The translations under genes were made by a program, and so were the position numbers. The notes below the pieces were generated by a model, which searched no databases, was not told the origin of the DNA, and saw nothing but the letters and a program-made list of their open reading frames with translations. This document shows, in pieces, positions 40,909 through 50,570 of a stretch of DNA of 64,000 bases. Origin of the DNA: Promethearchaeota archaeon (GTDB taxonomy: Archaea > Asgardarchaeota > Lokiarchaeia > Sigyniarchaeales > SOKP01). Numbering within the stretch: the stretch's first letter is position 1; every line of letters starts with the position of its first letter. The stretch lies in contig JAEOTR010000053.1 of NCBI GenBank assembly GCA_016839705.1, forward strand, positions 1-64,000, written 5' to 3'.

Positions 40909-41143
40909 TAAAATTACTATTACCGTTAAATTTTTTGCAATGTTAAGAGATTATGGTCCAGCGAAGGAGACAATTAGTGTTCCTGTGAATAGCACTATTA
41001 AGTTGTTATTTAAAAAATATCAGATTCCTAAGGAAGCATGGAGAACAATAATACTTGTCAATGGGAGTCCGCATAAAGATCTAGAAACAATTCTTAATCA
41101 TGGGGATATAATATCTATATTCCCACCAATTGGGGGAGGATAA
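40898..41143 (+). CDS. MoaD/ThiS/SAMP sulfur carrier
   Basis: VKFFAMLR, ILVNG, GDIISIFPPIGGG*. Confidence 0.9.
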   Translation: MKNNKITITVKFFAMLRDYGPAKETISVPVNSTIKLLFKKYQIPKEAWRTIILVNGSPHKDLETILNHGDIISIFPPIGGG

Positions 41144-41417
41144 ATCTTCTACAAACGTAAATATCTTTTTTTTATTTTCTTTTTTTATAATAAATAAGTT
41201 TACCAATTTTTGTGTAATTTTTTTTTTTTTTTAATAATATTATAGTTGGAATGTGGTATTCAGCAGATTCTAAGCCTAGTTTATGAAAAACTTTTTGGAT
41301 TGTTGTACGTGCGGTGATTACGAACAATAGGAGTGATTTTATAGATTATTAAACGAAATATAAAATAAAGATTGTGATACTACTTATTAAAATAAATTTA
41401 ATTATTAAAAATTTAAA

Positions 41418-44400
41418 GTGATATTATATATGACTTTAGTAGAAAAGAAGCTTAGAGAATCTGAAGAAAAATACAGAACTCTGACAGAACAATCTTTCTT
41501 GGGTATTTCGATTTTACAGGATGATATAATTCAATATGTAAATAACCAACTTGTAAATTTATTTGGATATACAGTAGAAGAGATTATGGCATGGGAAAAA
41601 GGGGGTTTTCTTAATATTATATATCCTGAGGATAGAAAATTAGTAGCTGAGCAGGCTAGAAAAAAACAAGCGGGTGAATCAGATATTCTTAATAAATATC
41701 AATTTAGAGGGATAAAGAAAAATGGGGATATTTTATGGTTAGAAGTATTCTCAAAAAGTATTAATTATAGGGGTAGACCCGCAGATTTTGTCACAATTCA
41801 CGATATAACTGATAAAAAAATATCTGAGCAAAAAATTAAAGAATCTGAGGAAAAATACCGTTCTATCTTTGAAAACATGACTGAAGGATTTGCTTATCAT
41901 AAAGTAATTGTAGATGAAAATAACAAACCAATCGATTACAAATATTTAGAAGTCAATCCTGCTTTCGAAAGACTCACAGGCTTAAAAGCAGAGCAAATGA
42001 TTGGGAAAAAAGTGACTGAAATATTACCTGGAACTGAGAATGATCCTGCGGATTGGATTGGTAGATTTGGTAATGTAGGTCTTACGGGAGTCCCTTTAGA
42101 AGTTGAAGATTATTCAGAAGCTATAGATAAATGGTTTAAAGTTTCAGGATATTCTCCTCAAAAAGGATATTTTGCTGTAACTTTTTCAGATATTACTGAA
42201 CAAAAAAAAGCAGAAATAATGATAGCAGAATCCGAGGAGAAATATCGTAATTTATTTAATAATGCTCCCTATGCAATTGTTCTTTTCAATATTGAAGGAA
42301 CCATTCTTGACTGTAATGAAGCTTCTAATTTAATAACAGGGTATTCTAAAGAGGATCTAATTGGTAAAAATTTTAGAGACATTAATTTCTATGTTGATAT
42401 AAACTCTGCTAATATCGAAGTAAGGGAAGATAAAGTTAAAGATGGTGAAATCCCTAAAACTAGAGATGTTTTGCTGCATAAAAAAGATGGAAGTCAGTTT
42501 TGGGCTAGATCAAATATTGAATTTGTCCACCTGAGAGATGAAACTTATGTTCAAGCAATTATCCAAGATGTTTCAGAACAAAAAGAATCTCAAATAAAAT
42601 TAAAAGAATCAGAATCTAAGTTTAGAACTATCTTTGAAGCGATTCCAGATTTATATTTTCTTGTGTCAAGTGACGCAACAATACTAGAGTATAGAGGGAA
42701 AGAACAAGATTTATATCTTAGTCCGGAAGAATTTATGGGGAAAAAAGTAATAAATCTTTTACCACCTAATCTCGGTAAAAATATGGTAGAATTGATCAAA
42801 AAGACTTTAATGACACAGCAATCTCAAAGTCTAGAATATGAATTAGAAATAGATAATAAACCACATTTCTACGAAGCAAGATATTTTTATATGTCTAAAG
42901 ATAAAGTCTCTATTTTTATCCGAGATATTACTGATCGTAAATATATAGAACAACAGATTTCTGATTTAGCAAAGTTTCCCTCAGAAAATCCAAATCCTGT
43001 ATTAAGAGTGAATAAAGAAAAAATTATCTATATTAATAAAGCAGGTCGAGATTTGTTTGATTTAACTGAAGGCAGTAAAATTCCAAATTTCTTAGAAGTA
43101 GTTTTAGTTAGAGTATTTGATGAAAATACAACGAAAATTTTGGAAATTGAGTTTGGTGACAAAAATTATTTGTTTAACATTACACCAATACTGCAAGAAG
43201 GATATGCTAATATATATGGAGGAGATATTACAGAAAGAAAAAAGTCAGAGATTGCTCTTAATTTAGAAAAAAAATTTGCTGATGATATATTAAATTCTTC
43301 AATGGATACTGTATTCGTCTTTAATCCAGAAAATGGGAAAGCAATTAGATGGAACAACGTATTCAAAGAAGTTAGTGGTTATAGCAACGAAGAAATTGCT
43401 TCAATAAAAGCCCCCGATTCATATTATAATGAGGATGACTTAAAACGTGCTTCAGAAGCAATTAAGAATGTTCTAGAAAAAGGAAAATTCAAAGTTGAAA
43501 TATCATTTCAAACTAAAGATGGGAGAAGTATTCCTTACGAGTATAGAGGAACAACACTTAAAAATTCTTCTGGGGATACGCTTATTGTTTCTGTAGGGAG
43601 AGATATTTCTGAAAGGAAGATTGCAGAGGAAAAAATAAAAGATTCCGAACTGAAATTCCGAGATCTCTATGAAGAAGCTCCCATTGCTTATTTCTCAATA
43701 GGGACAGACAAATCAATTTTGAGAGTTAATAACGCCGCAGAAAGACTTCTAGGTTATACGAAAGATGAATTATTGAAAATGAAAATCTTTGATTTATATC
43801 CTGATACAGATTATGGATTAAAATTAGCTAAAGAATTATTTTCACAATTTATAGCTGGGGAATCCATTAAAGATGTAGAACTTCAAATGACACATAAGGA
43901 AGGGAATCCTATTTGGATAAGTTTATCTGTAAAACCTATCTTCGATCTAGAAGGAAATGTTATTGAATCTCGCTCAATGGTTTTAGACATCACAGAACGT
44001 AAAAGGGCTGAGGAAGCTTTAAAATTATCAGAAAGTAATTATAGAGAGGCTTTTGATCGTGCTAATTTTTATAAAGACCTTTTTGGTCATGATATGAATA
44101 ACATTCTTCAAGTGGTTAATTCTTCCGCAGAACTCATTTCTTATCAATTAGGAGATTCTGAAAAATCAAATGACATTGCAAATATTACAGAGATAATAAA
44201 GAAACAAGTAGAGCGTGGATCAAAATTAGTATCAAACGTACGAACTCTCTCAGAACTCGAAGAGAAAAAAATTATTACCCGTAAAGTCCAGATTAAAGAA
44301 TATTTGAATTATTCAATAGAGTTTGTCAAAAAAGCATACGAAGAGAGAAATTTAAGGATTTCAGTTGAAGGAATAGATGATAACTATTTTACCAAGGCGA

Positions 44401-44750
44401 ATGAATTACTTCAAGATGTTTTTGAAAATGTATTAATTAATGGGATAAAATACAATGAAAACTCTGAGATTGACATTTCAATTAAAGCATCAAAGCAAAT
44501 AGTGGATGAGAAGGATTTTATTAAAATTGAATTCATGGATAACGGCATCGGTGTTGTTGATGATAGAAAAGAGGTGATTTTTATGAGTGGAAACAGGGAA
44601 CTTAAGGGATCAAAAGGCATGGGGCTAGGTCTTTCTTTAGTAAGTAAAATACTTCAAATATTCAAGGGTAAAATTTGGGTTGAGGATAAAATCAAAGGAG
44701 ATTATATTAAGGGAAGTAACTTCATTATAATATTACCAGGAGCAAAATAA
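41418..44750 (+). CDS. Cytoplasmic multi-PAS sensor histidine kinase
   Basis: About 7 PAS repeats (ESEEKYR...DITE.K), H-box GHDMNN, N-box ENVLINGIKY, DNGIG, GMGLGL. Confidence 0.93.
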   Translation: MILYMTLVEKKLRESEEKYRTLTEQSFLGISILQDDIIQYVNNQLVNLFGYTVEEIMAWEKGGFLNIIYPEDRKLVAEQARKKQAGESDILNKYQFRGIKKNGDILWLEVFSKSINYRGRPADFVTIHDITDKKISEQKIKESEEKYRSIFENMTEGFAYHKVIVDENNKPIDYKYLEVNPAFERLTGLKAEQMIGKKVTEILPGTENDPADWIGRFGNVGLTGVPLEVEDYSEAIDKWFKVSGYSPQKGYFAVTFSDITEQKKAEIMIAESEEKYRNLFNNAPYAIVLFNIEGTILDCNEASNLITGYSKEDLIGKNFRDINFYVDINSANIEVREDKVKDGEIPKTRDVLLHKKDGSQFWARSNIEFVHLRDETYVQAIIQDVSEQKESQIKLKESESKFRTIFEAIPDLYFLVSSDATILEYRGKEQDLYLSPEEFMGKKVINLLPPNLGKNMVELIKKTLMTQQSQSLEYELEIDNKPHFYEARYFYMSKDKVSIFIRDITDRKYIEQQISDLAKFPSENPNPVLRVNKEKIIYINKAGRDLFDLTEGSKIPNFLEVVLVRVFDENTTKILEIEFGDKNYLFNITPILQEGYANIYGGDITERKKSEIALNLEKKFADDILNSSMDTVFVFNPENGKAIRWNNVFKEVSGYSNEEIASIKAPDSYYNEDDLKRASEAIKNVLEKGKFKVEISFQTKDGRSIPYEYRGTTLKNSSGDTLIVSVGRDISERKIAEEKIKDSELKFRDLYEEAPIAYFSIGTDKSILRVNNAAERLLGYTKDELLKMKIFDLYPDTDYGLKLAKELFSQFIAGESIKDVELQMTHKEGNPIWISLSVKPIFDLEGNVIESRSMVLDITERKRAEEALKLSESNYREAFDRANFYKDLFGHDMNNILQVVNSSAELISYQLGDSEKSNDIANITEIIKKQVERGSKLVSNVRTLSELEEKKIITRKVQIKEYLNYSIEFVKKAYEERNLRISVEGIDDNYFTKANELLQDVFENVLINGIKYNENSEIDISIKASKQIVDEKDFIKIEFMDNGIGVVDDRKEVIFMSGNRELKGSKGMGLGLSLVSKILQIFKGKIWVEDKIKGDYIKGSNFIIILPGAK

Positions 44751-44796
44751 TTTATTGATTCTTTACTAATCAAACTTACATCAGTTTGATTACAAA

Positions 44797-45618
44797 TTAG
44801 CGATTTTTGGTAAACCAGTCGATTGCAAAATCAACAATTTCTCGTTGTGAAATTAATCGAGCTTCCGCTATACCAACTTTCCCTGGTATATAGTTGATTT
44901 CTGACTCAAAATCTATTCCAAGTCGTTCAAAATCATCGCTATTATGGTCTAGATCTTCATATTCTACCCATCGTCTTTTCTTTTTTATTTTCATCGAAGA
45001 TCCATTTAGAATATTCTTTTTGCCTGAGAATTCACTTCGATACTCTGCAAGATGTAACGACGTATTGTTATAATGATTAACACCTATCAATAAGATTTTT
45101 CCATCCAAATCATAAATTCGAGCAAGAGGAGAATGTTCACCCAACCCCGATGTTATTTTATGATCCTTAATAATAAATTTTGCATATTTACCCCAAGCAG
45201 CAAAAGATAAGGAAGGATGAGCACTTCGTATAACTTTAGGCCATTTTCTAAAAGTTTCTACGACGATACCCATCTCGCGTGTAGGAGTTATTTTTGGTTG
45301 ATAACCAGGCATCTCATTTTTAATAAGATCCCACCACTTTTCAGGTACAGGTGGGTTTTTCCATTTAGTTGGATCTGAATTATCAGACGAAAAAGTAGGC
45401 ATTATTAATGTACCGCGTGAAGTAAGTAGTTCCATTAAAGCTTGTACTACAGACACAGGTCCGCCAACTGTCCAGCCTATTTCAGCTAAAGAACTATGCA
45501 TGATAATAACTGATCCCGCTGTAATACCAAGTGTTTTAAAATCATTTTTTAATGTAGTTATCGTATTAGGGGACGCTGTCTCTTTAACAACCTCTCCTTC
45601 AGATCTCTTTATTTTCAT
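44797..45618 (-). CDS. AAC(3)/YokD-family N-acetyltransferase
   Basis: HSSL..IGW.VGG, GTLIMPTF, RSAHP..SFAAWG, NTSLHLAE. Confidence 0.9.
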   Translation of the reverse strand: MKIKRSEGEVVKETASPNTITTLKNDFKTLGITAGSVIIMHSSLAEIGWTVGGPVSVVQALMELLTSRGTLIMPTFSSDNSDPTKWKNPPVPEKWWDLIKNEMPGYQPKITPTREMGIVVETFRKWPKVIRSAHPSLSFAAWGKYAKFIIKDHKITSGLGEHSPLARIYDLDGKILLIGVNHYNNTSLHLAEYRSEFSGKKNILNGSSMKIKKKRRWVEYEDLDHNSDDFERLGIDFESEINYIPGKVGIAEARLISQREIVDFAIDWFTKNR

Positions 45619-45872
45619 TAAACAAAATAAATTTTTAGAAATTAAAAAATTTATGAATAGATAGTATTCTCTCTGAAGTTTTAATGAACTCAGAAAAAAA
45701 TCGAATAAAATTAGTAAAAAAAAATATTCCTAAAACCTATTTGAAATATAATACTTTTTATTTTAAAAGTTTCAGTAGATATATTTGTTGTTAGTACATA
45801 AGTACGACAAGTTTTTAGAATTTTTTATAAAAAAAAAGAAAATAAATTAAAATTAACGATTCTTGAGGTATT

Positions 45873-46085
45873 TTATACTATTTTCATTGCCAAGTCCATA
45901 TCATCAAGAGTTAATTTTTTCCTTCCAGCGTGTCGGGTCATCTCAAGAGCTTTGTTAGTCATGCCTTTTGCTAATTTCTCTAAATAGTCAATTAAGGCAT
46001 CTACCGCATCTCGAGCAACCATTTCAGCGCCATTATCTTTCATTAGCTTTCGAACTGGACTCCAAGCAAAAACTTTTTTTGCCAT
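45873..46085 (-). CDS. Archaeal histone
   Basis: 70-aa histone fold: PVRKLMK..GAEMV..DA...HAGRKKL...D..LA; GGAGG SD. Confidence 0.93.
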   Translation of the reverse strand: MAKKVFAWSPVRKLMKDNGAEMVARDAVDALIDYLEKLAKGMTNKALEMTRHAGRKKLTLDDMDLAMKIV

Positions 46086-46388
46086 TTTTTATTCCTCCAC
46101 TTTTTATTTTTAATAATATACTAGGTTTTTTTATTTTAACAAAATACTTCTTTAAGTTATATTACTTATTTTAAATATATAAGGATTACGGTAGATAATC
46201 GATACAATATGTTTGGGTTAATAATTTCATCCCATCGACAAAATACCGATGTCTGAGAAGAAAATCGAGAGATATACTTCTGAGCTATTAGAACTAAGAT
46301 CTTTTTTTATTATTGAAATCGAGGTCAAAATAAGAACATGCATCTTAATCCTTGACCAATTCTATCAGAAAAAGAAAATAAAACGTTT

Positions 46389-46961
46389 TTATTTTAAATA
46401 TTTGCGCATTATTAAAAGATTCTCAAATTCTTTATGGATAGTGAATCCTTCAGATTTATATAGTGATATAGGGCCACGGTAACTATGTGCATCTGATAAT
46501 TCCCCTGTCCTTGGGTATGATTCAATAATATCATAGTCTTTATCTTTATAATATGAAATTGCATATCTCAGTAATTCTCTTGCAATACCTCGCCTTCTAT
46601 TTGTATGAGCAATTAAAAAACAGACAATTCCTGCAATTTTTTTCTCTTGAGAATCGGGAGAATCATTTTCATAAAGAGTTTTTGCAAAATTTTCTCTTGA
46701 GTTAATATTACACCATCCAACAGGTTTGTTTTCTGAATAGGCTAAAAAGCCATGCATTTCTCCAGAGCGAATTAATTCGGTGGAAGCCTTTCTATTTTCT
46801 TCCTTAGATTGTTTTTCCCATTCCTTATTACTCCCCTTAAAGTGATAAAAACGACAATAACATCCTGACCAATCAGGATTATCGGCAAAACCTATTTCTT
46901 CAAAAAAGTATAGCCAATCGTCAAGTATATCTGATGATAACGGTTTAATTATAAAGGTCAT
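46389..46961 (-). CDS. GNAT acetyltransferase
   Basis: W.GCYC, PVGWC, CF.I....RRRGIA, ESYP. Confidence 0.88.
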   Translation of the reverse strand: MTFIIKPLSSDILDDWLYFFEEIGFADNPDWSGCYCRFYHFKGSNKEWEKQSKEENRKASTELIRSGEMHGFLAYSENKPVGWCNINSRENFAKTLYENDSPDSQEKKIAGIVCFLIAHTNRRRGIARELLRYAISYYKDKDYDIIESYPRTGELSDAHSYRGPISLYKSEGFTIHKEFENLLIMRKYLK

Positions 46962-47092
46962 TACATTTCCACCACATTAATTTCTTGTTTTAGAATGATA
47001 AAATAACTCAAATAATAGAATTAAATATGTAAAGCAGTATAAAAAATTTTATTTTCCATTTAGAATGTATAGGCATTTCCAGACTTATAATC

Positions 47093-47560
47093 TTAATATC
47101 TATTTTTTTTAAGACTTAAAATTATCCCTGGACAAATAAAAAAATAGAAGAGAATAACTAAGCTTACTAAAAATCCATTTTGTACAAATTCTCCTAAACC
47201 ACCGACAACTTCAGTAATAGAGTAATATCCTAAAACTCCAAGAATTAACCAAATAAAAATAGGTATTCCAATAAGAAACAAAATAACGGCATAATATCGG
47301 GGATTTTTCCTTCTTTTTTTACTCTTATCGATGTTAAAACTTAATCTTTCCTTTACTAAAGTAGAATACATAAACGGAAAGAAAAAGAAAGTGCTCATAA
47401 GGTATAGGAAGAAGAAAAAACCTTGTCCGGCTAGTCGAGCGAAATAATCATAAATTGGCCCAAATAGATTAAAATAACTAATTATTATCGGCACGATACT
47501 ACCTAAGAAGGCTACATAAATGATAGCTACAATTAATAGTAAAAAATGTTTTTTATTCAT
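47093..47560 (-). CDS. Membrane protein (4 TM)
   Basis: Four hydrophobic segments with a basic loop. Confidence 0.7.
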   Translation of the reverse strand: MNKKHFLLLIVAIIYVAFLGSIVPIIISYFNLFGPIYDYFARLAGQGFFFFLYLMSTFFFFPFMYSTLVKERLSFNIDKSKKRRKNPRYYAVILFLIGIPIFIWLILGVLGYYSITEVVGGLGEFVQNGFLVSLVILFYFFICPGIILSLKKNRY

Positions 47561-47783
47561 TATCTATTTGAGAAAATTAATAATTACCTAAAATCTTTTG
47601 TATTTCACACATTTGTGAACAGAAGTAATTAGATTGAGTAATTTAAGAGGTGTAAAATTATCAATATCTAGAATTGAGTCCATTTCTAAGAAAATGTATC
47701 AGAATAAACTCCATCTCAGAAAATTTAATATTTAATCAAATCCAGAAGATAATTAATTATATAATAGATAATGATGATTTTTC

Positions 47784-48851
47784 ATGGAAGAGAAGATTAT
47801 AGCAGTTACAAGAGGAGATGGGGTAGGGCCCGAAGTTGTTGATGAAGGACTTAAAATTTTAAAATTAATAGCCAAATTCACTAATTTTGATTTTAAGTTT
47901 AAGGATGCACCCGCAGGGGGAGAAGTATATAAAAAATATGGTAATAATCTTCCTGAACGTTCTTTTGACATAATTAAAAGTGCTGATGCACTCATATTTG
48001 GAGCTGTTGGGCTTCCAGACCTTCCTCCGGGTGTTGCCGAAACAGCTATCCTCAGAATAAGGCAAGAATTAGATTTATATGTTAATTTAAGACCTATCAA
48101 ACTCTATGAACCATTAAGAGACAGATGTCCTCTTAAGGATGAATTTATTGGTAATGGTATTGATATCACCTTCGTTCGAGAAAACACTGAAGGTTTGTAT
48201 GCAAATATTGGAAATATTTCTGATGATAAAGCTGAAAATCTCATGATCTATACTAGAAAAGGATGTGAACGTATCATCCGATATGCGTATGAATTTGCTA
48301 AAACAATGGGACATTCAAAAGTTACTTCAGTAGATAAGGCAAATATTCTAAAACCAAGTCAATTATGGCGTAAAATATTTCACGAAATAGGCATAGAGTA
48401 TCCAAATCTTCAAAAGGAAGATTTTTATATTGATGCCTTCTGTCAATGGTTAATTAGAGAACCTGATAAGTTTCAAACTGTCGTAACGGGCAATATGTTT
48501 GGAGATATAATAAGTGATGAAGGTGCCTTTCTTATTGGAAGTTTAGGAATGGCATCGAGTGGAAATATTCATCCTGGAAAAATATCTATGTATGAACCGA
48601 TACATGGCTCTGCCCCAGATATCTCAGGTAAGGGAATAGCAAATCCTATTGGAGCTATTCTTAGTGTCAAACTAATGATGCAAGAATCATTTCAATCTCC
48701 TGCTATTGCAAAAGAAATTGAATTATCCGTTGAGGAGTCCCTTAAAGAAGGCAGGACCATTGATCTTCAAAATCCTGATATTAAAAACCTCACAACAAAA
48801 GAGATGGGAGATTTAATAGCAGAAAAATTAAAATTAAGATTAAAAACATAA
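47784..48851 (+). CDS. leuB: 3-isopropylmalate dehydrogenase (beta-decarboxylating dehydrogenase family)
   Basis: GDGVGPEV, NLRP, RENTEGLY, VDKAN, NMFGDIISD, YEPIHGSAPDI. Substrate specificity not certain. Confidence 0.8.
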   Translation: MEEKIIAVTRGDGVGPEVVDEGLKILKLIAKFTNFDFKFKDAPAGGEVYKKYGNNLPERSFDIIKSADALIFGAVGLPDLPPGVAETAILRIRQELDLYVNLRPIKLYEPLRDRCPLKDEFIGNGIDITFVRENTEGLYANIGNISDDKAENLMIYTRKGCERIIRYAYEFAKTMGHSKVTSVDKANILKPSQLWRKIFHEIGIEYPNLQKEDFYIDAFCQWLIREPDKFQTVVTGNMFGDIISDEGAFLIGSLGMASSGNIHPGKISMYEPIHGSAPDISGKGIANPIGAILSVKLMMQESFQSPAIAKEIELSVEESLKEGRTIDLQNPDIKNLTTKEMGDLIAEKLKLRLKT

Positions 48852-48862
48852 ATCTGAATATT

Positions 48863-50422
48863 TTAATATTTATCATCAATAACGGAGAGCATTGACTCTA
48901 ACTGATCGAATATATCTAAACGAAAAGCTGTTCCGATTCTAAAGAAGAAGAGATCAATTGTTCTATTCTCAAGTTGATCATCCACGTTCAATTCCTCTAA
49001 TATTTGAGACCAACTCGTACTTTCTGTTGCTCTTATTCCAATTAATACAACTCCCTTATCTTTAGAGTTTTCAATGATTTTAATAATAATCTCTTTCCAT
49101 TGGGGGTCAACATGTTCTTTGTCTCTTGCATCAAAGATACAAAATACTCCATCAGAACTCGAGACATCGTCAGCTGCAGAATAAACATGCTGTTTTGTAA
49201 TTAGACCATTTGGATATTGGTAAACTTGTTCATCCTCATAATCTCTTACTAATGTTTGATCTCCTAATTTCTTTATATCACCAATAATTTGAAGTCCTGG
49301 ACTCCACATTGTGTTATCTGCAACAAACGAAAGGGTAAAGACAATTTTTTTCTTTATAATAGAGGATATTTTTTCATATAATAGTTCACTGCGTCTTTCA
49401 TCTTCGATTTCTTTGCTCTTCATTACGTAATGAAATGAAATCAAATTGAAAGCATCCTCTATATTCTCTCCGGTCAATGCGCTTGTTTCGATATAAGATA
49501 ACTTTATTATTTCTTTGTCAGATATTTTATTTGCTTGCTTTACTCCTTCTTGATAAAAGACTTGCCGTTCTTCACTCAAGTCTGATTTATTGCCAACTAA
49601 TACAATGGGGATTTCCTCATCGGTTGTAAACTCCTTTAGTTCGCGGTACCAGTTCAATACGTTATTAAATGACTCGCGCTTTGATAGATCAAAAACAATA
49701 AATGCTGCTTGAGCCCCTGAATAATAGACTTTTCGAAAACGACGAAAAAACTTTTGAGCTCCCAAGTCATATAATGTTACACCAATTTCGTTCCCAAAAA
49801 ATTCAAAGTTGTGAGTTAAAATATTAAGCCCTATAGTTGCCCTGTAATCTTCTGAAAACTTTTTTTCGACAAACCTACGAATAATAGAAGTTTTTCCAAC
49901 TTCATGATCACCCAAAATAACGAATTTAAAACGGTATTCCCCTTTAGTTGTTAAATCCATTTGATATAGTTGATTTTTCAACCGATCCACATTTTCTACC
50001 TCAAATTCGAAATTAGGGACGGATAATTGGATCAAATCGCCTTCTTCAGCTGATAAAATCTGAGCAGTTTTCTCGGCGAGAAATAATCCATAAGGGGAGA
50101 GTTTCTCAGGTGAAGCCATATGGTTTAATACTAAACTTAAGATGCGCTCTTCGTCAACTGATATAAACAATAAACGGTGATCTTCTGTATCAAAACTGGT
50201 ATTCCCAAATTTTTTGAATGAAAATTCGTTTCTCATTCTCTCCAAAACAGGATTTACAATAGAAGTTAAGACAGAAACAAGTTCGATGTCAACGTCTTTC
50301 CTCTTCTCACCTGCAATTATAAGACCTTCACTGTCTGAAACAATGACAGCTTCAACCTCCATATTAATCTCCAGAAACTTATTAAACAATTCAGTAAAAA
50401 ATTTATTTTTTCTTAAGACCAA
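48863..50422 (-). CDS. Roadblock + Rab-like small GTPase + degenerate GTPase-like domain (paralog B)
   Basis: N-terminal VEAVIVSDSEGLIIA; G1 GDHEVGKTS, G2 ATIG, G3 DLGAQ, G4 NKSD, G5 TSAL. Confidence 0.88.
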   Translation of the reverse strand: MVLRKNKFFTELFNKFLEINMEVEAVIVSDSEGLIIAGEKRKDVDIELVSVLTSIVNPVLERMRNEFSFKKFGNTSFDTEDHRLLFISVDEERILSLVLNHMASPEKLSPYGLFLAEKTAQILSAEEGDLIQLSVPNFEFEVENVDRLKNQLYQMDLTTKGEYRFKFVILGDHEVGKTSIIRRFVEKKFSEDYRATIGLNILTHNFEFFGNEIGVTLYDLGAQKFFRRFRKVYYSGAQAAFIVFDLSKRESFNNVLNWYRELKEFTTDEEIPIVLVGNKSDLSEERQVFYQEGVKQANKISDKEIIKLSYIETSALTGENIEDAFNLISFHYVMKSKEIEDERRSELLYEKISSIIKKKIVFTLSFVADNTMWSPGLQIIGDIKKLGDQTLVRDYEDEQVYQYPNGLITKQHVYSAADDVSSSDGVFCIFDARDKEHVDPQWKEIIIKIIENSKDKGVVLIGIRATESTSWSQILEELNVDDQLENRTIDLFFFRIGTAFRLDIFDQLESMLSVIDDKY

Positions 50423-50570
50423 GTATCCTTTACCCCAATTATTTATATCTATATTATGAATTTACTTACTATTATTTGTTGTTGTTATTAAATTATAAAA
50501 CATATTTAACTAGTTAATGAACTCTCAAAAAATTATTCCTATAGAAGTACAGTAAACTAAGATATTCGAG

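Noticed and set aside
44797-45618. Aminoglycoside resistance gene
   Set aside because: YokD-like AAC(3) homologs are widespread and the substrate cannot be inferred; no mobile context.
47784-50422. leuB next to Rag-like GTPases as evidence of leucine sensing
   Set aside because: The genes are convergent and adjacency alone is no evidence; it would need conserved synteny.
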